NCBI RefSeq assembly: GCF_009914755.1
Contig: NC_060944.1
Length of the DNA stretch: 64,000 nucleotides
Direction: 5' to 3' (one strand)
From: the human T2T-CHM13v2.0 reference genome, Homo sapiens
Within the stretch, counting starts at the first letter, position 1; each line of letters begins with the position of its first letter. Position numbers and translations under genes: made by a program. Below, one piece after another: positions 44,917-57,480 of the stretch. The notes beneath the pieces were generated by a model, which was not told the DNA's origin, ran no database searches, and was given only the letters and a program-made list of their open reading frames with translations.

Positions 44917-45510
44917 GGCTGGGCCCAGTGGCTCACATTTGTAATCCCAGTACTTTGGGAGGCCAAGGCAGGCGTATCACTTGAGCCCAGAAGTTCGAGA
45001 CCAGCCTGGGTAACACAGCAAAACCCCGTCTCTACAAAAAATTAGCCAGGTATGGTGGTGCATGCTTGTAGTCCCAGCTACCAGGCAAGCTGAAGAGGAA
45101 GCATCACCCTCAGCCGGGCGCGGTGGCTCAAGCCTGTAATCCCAGCACTTTGGGAGGCCAAGGGAGGCAGATCACTTGAGGTCAGGAGTTGGAGACCAGT
45201 GTGGCCAATGTGGAGAAACACCATCTCTACTAAGAATACAAAAATTAGCTGAGCGTGGTGGCATGCGCCTGTAATTCCAGCTACTCAGGAGGCTGGGGCA
45301 GGAGAATTGCTTGAACCTGGGAGGCAGAGGTTAAAGTGACCCAAGATTGTGCCACTGCACTCCACCCTGGGTGACTGAGTGAGACTCCATCTCAAAAAAA
45401 AAAAAAAAAAGGGAAGATCAGGAGATCAAGGCTGCGGTGAGCTATAATCATACCACCATACTCCAGCTTGGATAACAGAGGGAGACCCTGTCCCCTCCAA
45501 AAAAATAAAA
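44917..45510 (+). mobile_element. AluJ-like element split by a nested Alu
   Basis: 44917-45110 and 45411-45510 join into one dimer. Confidence 0.9.
45112..45410 (+). mobile_element. Nested Alu (AluSx-like)
   Basis: Full dimer inside right arm of older Alu. Confidence 0.95.
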
Positions 45511-45828
45511 TTATAAGCTATAGAACGTATTTGTGATTCTTGGGTAAAAAAGAAAAATATACATATAGACTGGGGTAGGGGGCAGCAGGGGAGATCAATT
45601 TACTTGTTGAACTGGTTCATGTGCATTTTCCAGGCAACAGAAAATCTAAATTTGAAAGGAAAAAGGTGAGGAAGGGGAAGCTTTAGTAGCATCATTCAAG
45701 TGTGAGTATGTATTATTACATAGTCCCTGAAATAGAAGGGGCTTACATTATGAAATACTGAAAAATCCAAGAGCTTGGAAGTTGAAAACATATTGCTCAG
45801 TGGTAAGTAAAGCTATGTGGGGTTTAAA

Positions 45829-46129
45829 CTGTGCTATCCAATGCGGGAGCCACCAGCCCCAGGTGGCTACTGAGCATCTTAAACGTGTTGGTCCAACTGG
45901 TATGTGCTATGAATGTAACATATACAATAGACTTCAAAGGGTTGCTATGAAAATAAAAAAGAATGCAAATATCTCATTAATAACTTTATATTGATTGTGT
46001 TGAAATACTATTTTTAATATATCAGCTTATAAAATATATTACTAAAATTAATTGTTCTTGTTTTCCTTTAATGTAGCTACCTCAAAATTACATATGTGAC
46101 TTCCATTATAATGGTATTAGGCACTGCTA
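45829..46129 (+). mobile_element. MER33 (hAT-Charlie)
   Basis: ctgtgctatccaatgcgggagccacc...aatatctcattaataac...aaattacatatgtgac. Confidence 0.85.
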
Positions 46130-46232
46130 GTCTAAAATACGTGGATACCAGGGAAAGAGAAAATGCTATTTCAGTGCACACAACCAGGGTAATCATAAGA
46201 TCACATCCTATGGATGTGTAAACTTTTGATAG

Positions 46233-46236
<4 letters not shown>

Positions 46237-46287
<51 letters not shown>
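46237..46287. repeat. (AC)25 microsatellite
   Basis: Direct count. Confidence 0.97.
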
Positions 46288-46289
<2 letters not shown>

Positions 46290-47062
46290 CATGGCCATCT
46301 TTATCCAAACATCAAAGACAACCCTATTATTAATATCCTACACAGTCAGCTGGGCAGATTACATGATGGGGAGCAGGTGCCATAACCTAATTTTCCACAC
46401 ACAGAACTGAGAGGAGGGAAGGAAGCAGATATAAAAGAGACCAAAGCAGAAATCCAGAAGCAGAATCCAGTGCTAACGAGAAGCACAAGATGAAAGGTCA
46501 GAAGGGCTGGAGGCAGGGGCTCTTTGAGGGAAGCCCAGAACCAGTACAAGAAATCTAAATAAACACAGGGCCCATCCAAAGGTAAACATTACTCAAATCC
46601 AGAAAGGCTTTATTGCTATTGATCTGCAAGTTCCAGTTTATGGCAAACCTAAAACAAAATAATATGTGTATTTAAAAAGGATTATCATTAGAAGTCATGG
46701 GACAAATTTATTGATGAGTTTTTTTTTTAACACCATACAGAAAAATCAGCAAACAACTTAGACAATTTATAAACAGCTGGTCTTAATCCAACACTAACAT
46801 GTTGATTTTTCAAAATAACCAGTTGAAAAGGCCAGACTTGTTCTAATTTGCTTGGAATCTCTTTCATAGTAACTGTTACACAACTGTTCCATCTTCCTTC
46901 CTTACCTTCTTATGTAAGCTCTGTAATCACCATCAGTGTTTACATAGGTTTGTGAAACCACCCAATTTCTCCAGTAAATATTTAATTCTCTTTGCTACTG
47001 ATCAAACCATAAGCAACACAACATTTTTATACGACATGTTTGGTAATGAGAAAATGAGACAT

Positions 47063-47070
47063 TGACGTCA
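47063..47070. promoter_or_regulatory. Full palindromic CRE motif TGACGTCA (within TTGACGTCAA)
   Basis: Exact consensus in unique sequence; function untested. Confidence 0.35.
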
Positions 47071-47479
47071 ACAGCACAAAGTCTATAAACCAAAAACACC
47101 AGGATTTCCCGATACATAGGCCTCTTGGAAATCAGGCACCAATAAAATAGAAAATTCTCTTCACTGCTCCAAGTGTTTGATCCAGTTTATAACTGAGTTC
47201 CGCAGCATCTGTGGTGGTTCTAGCAAATGCTAAAATACCCTTCAACCAGAACCATGCACCCAGTCTGCAGGCTTCAGGCACCAAGCAGAATGGGTGTTCT
47301 CAGCTATGAAAGCCAGGCACTCAACAATCACCTGTATGTTATTAATGACAAAAACGAAAGGTACGAGCAAGCCTCCTCTTTTCTCAGTTTAGTAAGACCG
47401 TGATATTTTAGGATCTGTACTGATCATCTCAAGGCAAATGGAATGACACCAACCATCCAACTAGATCCCTGACTGCCCT

Positions 47480-48060
47480 TGGTGGGCTGGAGCAAGGAGA
47501 TGGAGATACATTATGCTGAGGCTCTTTCCCATCTGATTGTACAGTCCGGACACCTAGCAAATCAGAGAAAACACATACAACCATAGAGCTGGGCAGGAGA
47601 GCTCAAGGACACTGGAACTCCAGGCTGGAAGTTGTCAGGAATGACTTTTAGGAAGTGAGATTAGGGTTAGCCTTGAAAGATGGCGGGAATCCCAAGAGAG
47701 ATGCCACTACGGAGGTCCAGAGGTAGGTGGCATATGATGCGTCTTTTGGGCGCTGAACACAACAGCCTAACCCCAGCACCTGGAGGTCAGAGGACAGGGA
47801 GGCAAAGGAAGAAAACCCTTTGTGGAGTCAAAGTAGCCTTGAAAAGCAAACTCAACACAGAACGGCTTCATGCAACATGAGTTTCTGGGCAGGCGAGGAG
47901 AGCAGTCGTCCACCACAGGATAATCTCAAAATGGGGATCAAGAAGCTACTGTGTTAATCCAAGGAAAATGACCTTGGCAACTGCAATGGTGAAAATGCCA
48001 ATGAGAAAAATGGATGAACTAAGGGAGTGATTTCAAAGAAAGACCTGGTATTAAAGGTGA
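47480..48060 (-). mobile_element. L2 fragment
   Basis: Purine-rich antisense L2-like motifs (aagctactgtgttaatccaagg...gagaaaaatggatgaa). Confidence 0.5.
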
Positions 48061-48151
48061 CCTCTAAGAAAAGAGCCAGGTGTCCTCTTCCTTCAGAACT
48101 AAGAAAACAGGCTTGACAAGGTAAATCATTAAAAAGGTCAGGATGTGTATT

Positions 48152-48451
48152 TTTCTTTTTTTTTTTTGAGACGACGTCTGTCTCTGTCACCCAGGCTGGA
48201 GCACGATGGCATGATCTCGGCTCACTGCAACCTCAGCCTCCTGAGGTCATGCAATTCTCCTGCCTCAGCCTCCAGAGTAGCTAGCAATACAGGTGTGCGC
48301 CACCATGCCTGGCTAATTTTTGTATTTTTAGTAGAGACGGGGTTTCACCAGCCATGTTGGCCAGGCTGGTCTCGAACTCCTGACCTCATGATCCACCCAC
48401 CTTGGCCTCCCAAAGTGCTGGGATTACAGGTGTGAGCCACTGTGCCCGGCC
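48152..48451 (-). mobile_element. Alu (AluSg/Sx-like)
   Basis: Reverse dimer. Confidence 0.95.
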
Positions 48452-48499
48452 TTGTTTTGTTTTTAGTAGTAAGTAGAGACTTCTTTATTAGAAGTGTTT

Positions 48500-48819
48500 T
48501 TTGGTTTTTTTTGTTGTTGTCATTGTTTTGTTTTGAGACAGAGTTTCCCTCTTGTTACCCAGGCTGGAGTACAATGGCACAATCTCGGCTCACTGCAACC
48601 TCCTGCCTCCCAGGTTCAAGCGATTCTCCTACCTCAGCCTCCCGAATAGCTGGGATTACAGGTATGCGCCACCATGCCTGGCTAATTTTTTGTACTTTTA
48701 ATAGAGACAGGGTTTCTCCATGTTGTACAGGCTGGTCTTGAACTCCGGACCTCAGGTGATCCGCCCGCCTCAGCTTCCCAAAGTGCTGGGATTCCAGGCA
48801 TGAGCCACTACACCCAGCC
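48500..48819 (-). mobile_element. Alu (AluSq-like)
   Basis: Reverse dimer; tttattagaagt duplication. Confidence 0.95.
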
Positions 48820-49010
48820 TTTATTAGAAGTCTTAAAATTTTTTTAAAAGGAGTGATCCCCTCTAAGTATTTGTAAAAGCTCTTATAAGTGTACACAGAA
48901 AGTAAATTTTACTGCACATAAAATTTTTTTAAAACAACACTGACATAACATTTTACATCCACCATACTGAATAAATTTAGTTTTAACAAGTCAATGTATC
49001 TGACAGCATC

Positions 49011-49180
49011 CTTTTTTTTTTTTTTTTTTTCTTGAGGCAGGGTCTCACTCTGCCACCCAGGCTAGAGTGCGCTGGCACAATCAGAGCTCACTAAATCCTT
49101 GAACTCCTGGGCTCAAGTGATCCTCCTGTTTCAGTCTCCAGAGTAGCTGGGACTATAGGCGTGCACCACCACATCCAGAA
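49011..49180 (-). mobile_element. Alu right arm / FRAM
   Basis: Poly-T followed by right-arm sequence. Confidence 0.9.
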
Positions 49181-49881
49181 GCAGAGTATCTGAGAGAATG
49201 TATCGGCAGATGTGAAACACTTGCGGCTTTTCTGAAGGATAATTTACCTATACATGTATCAAATTTTAAAAGGTCATGCACTGTGCCCATCACTACTACT
49301 GCTAAGATGTTTTCCCCAAGAAGAAATTTGATTGCAGTATTGCTTATAATAGCAAAAAATTAAAAATAATCAAAATGTTCATCAAGCTTTGGGGATAAGG
49401 GAAACAACAGAAGGAGGAAAAAAAGAATGCTCCTGAGTAATGTACATGTGGTTAGTCTCATTAATTAAACTGCAGAGAATGCTTGAAAAGGGGTGAGGAA
49501 ACAATTCTTAAATCTCTTTCCACTCCAGGTTCCTCACGTATAAACCTCACGGAGGGCCAAGAGCAGGAGGTACTCAACAAATTTTTGCTGATAATAAAGT
49601 CAAAAGCATGAAAGAAAACTGAAAATATTTACCTCCTACTTTGTAATTAATATAAGTGGCAAGACTGTGCCTGTTTATTTTCTAGTTTAATCTACTTGCG
49701 TGGAATTTGGCCTAAAGAAGTCTATTACCTTATCATTAGCATTAACCTAACAATTCATTATTCCAAAGGTTGTGCATTTAGACCGTTCTCAACACGTAAA
49801 AAACGTACAAAGGTAAGGTCAAGTACAAAAGGGTTCTAATGCTACAGAGCTGCCAGCCCAATTCTACCATGAAGCATAACT

Positions 49882-50170
49882 AGCCAGGCATGGTGGCTGA
49901 AGCCTATAATCCCAGCACTTTGGGAGGTAGAGGCAGGAGGATCGCTTGAGCCCAGGAGTTGGAAACCAGCCTAGATAATATAGTGAGACCCCATCTCTAA
50001 GAAAAAAAAATTTAAAAATTAGCCAGGCACCATGGCTCACGTCTGTAGTCCCAGCTACTTGGGAAGCTGAGGTAGAAGGATCACATAAGCCCAGTAGGCC
50101 AAGGCTGCCACGAGCTGTGATCGTGCCACTGCACTCCACCCTGGGTGATAGAGCAAGAACCTGTTTCAGA
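49882..50170 (+). mobile_element. Alu (AluJ-like) immediately 3' of exon 2 donor
   Basis: Full dimer. Confidence 0.95.
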
Positions 50171-50223
50171 AAAAGTAAGAAAAGGAAAAGGAAACACAAC
50201 TGGAGATTGTGTTTTACACGCAC

Positions 50224-50262
50224 CTAAGTGATGTGGCGTAGACCTGTCCATATGCTTTCCAT
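50224..50262 (-). promoter_or_regulatory. uORF2: MESIWTGLRHIT* (12 aa)
   Basis: GTA-ATG-G strong Kozak context (-3 G, +4 G); TAG stop is the last 3 nt of exon 2. Confidence 0.7.
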
Positions 50263-50276
50263 TACAATTCGCTGAG

Positions 50277-50282
50277 TTACAT
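50277..50282 (-). promoter_or_regulatory. uORF1: start-stop element AUG-UAA
   Basis: Minus strand GCAA-ATG-TAA within exon 2. Confidence 0.7.
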
Positions 50283-50616
50283 TTGCTTATGCACCAAGGT
50301 CCAAGTTCAAAGCCGTATGAGAAGTCCCCGTTAGTGGAGTCAAGACCTAGCTGGAGAAAAGCAAATGGTAAATTAAAAGTAATAACAAACCTAGCAGGAG
50401 GTACTCTGCATGAATGGAGTCTATTTTTCACCCAGCCATGCCCAATCCTAGAATTTGCTCTATTACTACTTCATTTTTATGGACTGCCTCCAAGGCCCCA
50501 GCCTGTCTCTAGGCAGGGTCACAAACTGCACCCTCAATTCTTTAAAAATCCACTCTCCATTTCTACAAAGTATTTTGAAAGATAGTATTTTAGAACACCT
50601 ATAAAAAAACTTTTCA

Positions 50617-50727
50617 GCCAGGCACAGTGGCTCACACCTGTAACCCCAGCACTTTGGTAGGTCAAGGCAGGCAGGTCACTTAAGCCCAGGAGTTCGAGAC
50701 CAGCCTGAGCAATAGGGTGGTCTCTAC

Positions 50728-50767
<40 letters not shown>

Positions 50768-50932
50768 TTAGCCAAGTGTGGTGGTGCACACCTGTGATCC
50801 CAGCTACTCAGGAGACTGAGAGGTGGAGAATCACCTGAGCCCAGGAGGTTGAGGTTGCAGTGAGCTGTGCAACCGCACTCCAGCTTGGATGACAGAGTGA
50901 GACTCTGTCTCAAAAATAAATAAATAAATAAA
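50617..50932 (+). mobile_element. Alu (AluJ-like) whose central linker is (AC)17
   Basis: tctctacaaa(ac)17aaattagcc at 50731-50764. Confidence 0.95.
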
Positions 50933-50943
50933 AAGCAATTTTG

Positions 50944-51235
50944 GGCCAGGCACGGTGGTTCACACCTGTAGGGAGGCTGGGATGGGAGGATCACTTGAGG
51001 CCAGGAGTTCAAGACCAGCCTGGGCAACATAGTGAAACCTTGTCTCTACAAAAAAAAAAAAAAAAAAATTATCTCGTCGTGGTGGCACACACCTGTAGTC
51101 ACAGCTACTCAGGAGGCTGAGGCAGGAGGATTCCTTGAGCCCAGGAGGTCAAGGCTGCAGTGAGCCATGACTGTGCCACTGCAGTCCTACTTGGGCAACA
51201 GAGCAACACGCCATCTCAAAACAAAAGCAAAAAAA
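50944..51235 (+). mobile_element. Alu (AluJ-like)
   Basis: Dimer with long A linker. Confidence 0.94.
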
Positions 51236-51981
51236 GTGATTTGCACTCAGTTGGGATTTCTCCATTGATAACTTTTAAACTCCATATTCCCTAGCACAGG
51301 GTCTTTGATTTAAAAAAAATAAATAAATAAGTCACTTTCTGTTAAAGCCTCTTAAAAATGTACTAGCACACGGGGAGGGTGCTTCTCAAAAAGCCGGTCA
51401 CATTCTGTTTCTCAAACTGGGATATGAGCAGGTACACAGATGTTTCTTTTACTATTTATTAAACGGCTATGTTTTATCCACTCTTGTACCTATGCATATG
51501 TTCCACAATAAAGGGAACCCAGAGCCTGACTCAGTGGCTGTCTTGGGAACAGCCATCCCAGCCCCAGCCATGAGCCTGGCCCTCCCTTGTGAAGAAAAAC
51601 GTGCAAGGCAACCAACAGTTTAGCCAGATTTTCACTGGAAAATCCTTATGTTGAGACATCAACTTTTACCATTTGTTCTTGGGCAAGTTAGCATCAACAA
51701 TCGCCAACGGCCCCAAGTTAAATAGCACACAAATGCCATCAGACTGGTACCAGTCCAGCCTTCAAGGAACCATTAATGAGTCTTTTTTTTTTTTTTAATT
51801 TTGGAAACTAAACACTGGTCTTGTGCTATTTGGGAAAAAATACTCACTTTAAATTATTAGAACGTGAATGAAGAAATTGATGTCTTTCCCTTTCTAAAAC
51901 ATTTTGCATGCAAGGAAAAAAAAAGTAGTAATTTATTTCTCAAAATAAAATCTCTACACATAAATCTATCTTAAGCTATGT

Positions 51982-52313
51982 GGGGGTTTTTGGGGGGTTT
52001 TTTGGGGTTTTTTTGTTGTTGTTGTTGTTTTAAATGAGACAGAGTCTCGCTCTATCAGCCAGGCTGGAGTGCCGTGGCGCAATCTTGGCTCACTACAACC
52101 TCCACTCCCGGGTTCAAGCGATTCTCTTGCCTCAGCCTCCCGAGCAGCTGGGATTACAGGTGCCCGCCACCATGCCTGGCTAATTTTTTGTATTTTTAGT
52201 AGAGACACGGTTTCACCATGCTGGCCAGGCTGGTCTTGAACTCGACCTTAGGTGATCCACCCGCCTCGGCTCCCAAAGTGCTGGGATTACAGGCACAAGC
52301 CACTATGCCAAGC
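51982..52313 (-). mobile_element. Alu (AluSx-like) with G/T-patterned tail and TSD cttaagctatgt
   Basis: TSD 51970-51981 and 52314-52325. Confidence 0.95.
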
Positions 52314-53620
52314 CTTAAGCTATGTTTATCAGAAATTTGCAATGTCAGAAGGGAGGCACAAAGGTGACATCCATCAATGTCTAGTCAAGAGGAATAATGA
52401 AAAGAACATGAGAAAAGAAAACAAGAGAGACACTTTAAAAGAATGGCTTACTTTCAGTTAAGTTATAATAACAAATACAGTTCCTTGAAAAATACAGGTT
52501 GTACAATATGTGTGGTTATGATTTCACTTTTATTAAAAGGATAATTACATAGTATGCATTTGTGTACACAGAACAGGGCTGGCAAGGATACAGATCAAAC
52601 TGCTTTGAAGTGGTGGGGGGACATAAGAAAAGATCGTGTGACCTTCTCAATTTACTAAACACAAGTCTGACAAGCTAGAATTATTTTTCAACATGTGTAT
52701 GCTTCTTTTGCAAATCCTTTAAAAAACTATTAATTAAAAACGGCTCCATGAGGGCAAAGTGCAAATTAACAGAATGTCATTTTTAGCTACAAATCATTGG
52801 AAAATTCTGAATGGGGAAGCGAAAGTACTATGACTCCTTAAAGACATGTTTTTGGAGAGTATTTTTCTAAGCTGAGTGGCAAGATGGCTGGAAGGACTTA
52901 ACTACTGCACAGAACAAGTACTGAGACCAAACCACAGAACTGGGTCAGAGGTTTTAATACTGGGAACATGCAAATACATTTTTGAGAAAGGAATCTCTGA
53001 GGAAGGAGTTAAGAAGGAATCACGATACAAACAAAAACAAGACTGAGCTATCAGTAAGCAACCTTGAACTTCTGGCAGAGCGCTCCGCTGAATGCCCCTC
53101 CCATTCGTGGGTTCCACCGCACTCTGGAAACATGAAAACTGTCCTTTGCACGCAAGGCTACGGGGCTGAGATCAAAGCCTGGGCGCTGCGGCAGGTCAGA
53201 GGAAACATCACTTGGGACACACTCATGGCCACATGACTTTCCCCCATCAAGGCCCGCTGAACTCTCAAGAATCTGTTCACAGTGCTTCTGTTGCTTCTTA
53301 ATTAGGATGTGCAAAAGTACATACTACATGCTGTGGTTTCCAGACACTGACTTCATACAGAAAACATTCAACAAAAAACTGGGGAAGAAATACTACAGAA
53401 TTGCCATCTGTGTATCTTACTATGTTATTTAACATCTACCACTGACTCAACATCATTTCCTTAAAAAGGGATGTTAACTCTTCAAAAGCAGGAAGGAGAG
53501 AATGCCAGGGCCAGTATCATAACAGGCCAGAACCTTTGAACAGCCAAATCATTCTATCAATTCAGTAGATGCCAAAAAGGCTGACAAAACACTTCCTCCT
53601 GATTTAAAAAGCAAAAACCA

Positions 53621-53934
53621 GCCAGGCGCGGTGGTTTATGCCTGTAATCCCAGCACTTTGGGAGGCTGAGGTGGGTGGATCACCTGAGGTCAGGAGTTGG
53701 TCAGCCTGACCAACATGGAGAAACTCCATCTCTACTAAAAATACAAAATTAGCCAGGCATGGTGGCGCATGCCTGTAATTCCAGCTACTCGGGAAGGCTG
53801 AGGCAGGAGAATCGCTTGAACCCAGGAGGCGGAGGTTGCGGTGAGCCGAGATCGCGCATTGCACTCCAGCCTGGGCAAGAAGAGCGAAACTCCGTCTCAA
53901 AAAATAAAAAAAATAATAATAATAAAAATAAATA
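53621..53934 (+). mobile_element. Alu (AluSp-like) with TSD aaaagcaaaaacca
   Basis: Full dimer. Confidence 0.96.
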
Positions 53935-54003
53935 AAAAGCAAAAACCAAATATCTTCAATGCAAATTAAAAGATACTTCCTGAATATGACAAATATCTTC
54001 TGA

Positions 54004-54516
<513 letters not shown>

Positions 54517-54782
54517 AAAAACTATTTTTTGAAAACCTGAACAAGTAACAATAAATGGAGAAAATTACAAAAGCAAATTACTCTTTTCCAAAAGGTGCTA
54601 GGCCCAGACAAATTCTTAGTTATTTCCCAGCCTTCCTCGTAAGAAATGGGAAATGAAAAAGCTTCCCAATTCCTTCTGGGAATGCAGACAAACTGACAAA
54701 GCACAACGGAAGAAAACTATGTATTTCTTCATTGGTGCAGCGGTGAGTAAGAAAAAAAGAAAAAGAAAGAATATGACGTTAA

Positions 54783-55583
<801 letters not shown>

Positions 55584-55799
55584 AAGAGTTTCTTTTTTTT
55601 TTCCTACTTTTACTTTGCTTTTTCTTTTTGCAAGAGTTTCTTATAGGTTAAGGATATTAACCCTTTGTCTACTGAAAGCATTTTCCCCAGAAAAAGCAAA
55701 TGACTGCTTTTTCCATTTTGTTTATACCACTTGAAATAGAGGACATTTTTTAAGTCTCTCTTAAGTCATACTAGTATCTTTTTGCAATTTCTTCTATTA

Positions 55800-56116
<317 letters not shown>

Positions 56117-56124
56117 GAGAGTCT

Positions 56125-56425
56125 GCCGGGCACGGTGACTCATGCCTGTAATCCCAGCACTTTGGGAGGCTGAGGCAGCAGATCATGAGGTCAAGAGATC
56201 GAGACTATCCTGGCCAACATGGTGAAACCCTGTCTCTACTAAAAATACAAAAATTAGCCAGGTGTGGTGGTACACGCCCGCCTGTAGTCCCAGCTACTCA
56301 GGAGGCTGAGGCAGGAGAATCACTTGAATCAGGGGGGCGGAGGTTGCAGTGAGCCAAGATCACACCACTGCACTTCAGCCTGGGTGGCTGAGAGAAGCTC
56401 CATCTCAAAAAAAAAATAACAAAAA
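56125..56425 (+). mobile_element. Alu (AluSc-like)
   Basis: Full dimer. Confidence 0.95.
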
Positions 56426-56800
56426 TGCATATCCAATGAAATCACTGTTCTAGAAAAGTAATTAGATGAATGTAATTGTACATATTTCAGTTGTAGGACA
56501 AGTAGAATCCACTATGTAAAGACTGAATGAATAAATTACGATAGCAAAACACTGTATGATAAAATACTACAGGGCCACTCTGCAGTATACTATCATGACA
56601 CAGGGAAATAGTTATGATCTATTACAAAGTGGGGTGAAAAAAGGCAGAACATCTCTCTCTTTATGAACATGACTTCTTCAGCAAGATAGGCATTCTAGGA
56701 CACTTACTACAATATTAACTGGATCTTCCCAGGGTTTCAGATGTAGGTGGTGTCCTATTTCTTTTTGTTTTTCTACTTTAACCATTATTAATGAACACGT

Positions 56801-57269
<469 letters not shown>

Positions 57270-57384
57270 TATTTGTGATTTTTTAAAAGCTCAAAATTCA
57301 TAAATATATATGCAAGACAAGTCACTAAAAACAGTTTTGCTCAATGCCTAAGTTGTACTTATCATGAAAAAACGAAAGATACTG

Positions 57385-57480
57385 GTAGTGGCTCACACTG
57401 TATAATCTCACTTGAGCCAAGAAGTTCAAGACCAGCCTGGGCAACATAACAAGGGTCTCTACAAAAACAAACAAAAAAAT
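57385..57480 (+). mobile_element. Deleted FLAM-like monomer
   Basis: gtggctcacac...gaccagcctgggcaacata...tctctacaaaaa. Confidence 0.75.

Larger units (their letters stand above)
50224..50350 (-). other. SLC23A2: SLC23A2 non-coding 5'UTR exon (127 nt; exon 2 of main transcript)
   Basis: Unique-sequence island between Alus; acceptor tttgcttttctccag|CTAGGTC at 50351|50350; donor TTAG|gtgcgt at 50224|50223. Size and ~38-kb spacing agree with my recollection of the gene structure (not database-checked). Confidence 0.85.

Noticed and set aside
50347-50353. Tandem acceptor CAG|CTAG| at exon 2 (4-nt shift)
   Set aside because: Possible but lies upstream of all visible uAUGs; no consequence can be inferred from this window.
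50081-50431. 116-aa minus-strand ORF overlapping exon 2
   Set aside because: Runs through intron, exon and an Alu; only the exonic part from AUG 50251 is relevant (uORF3).
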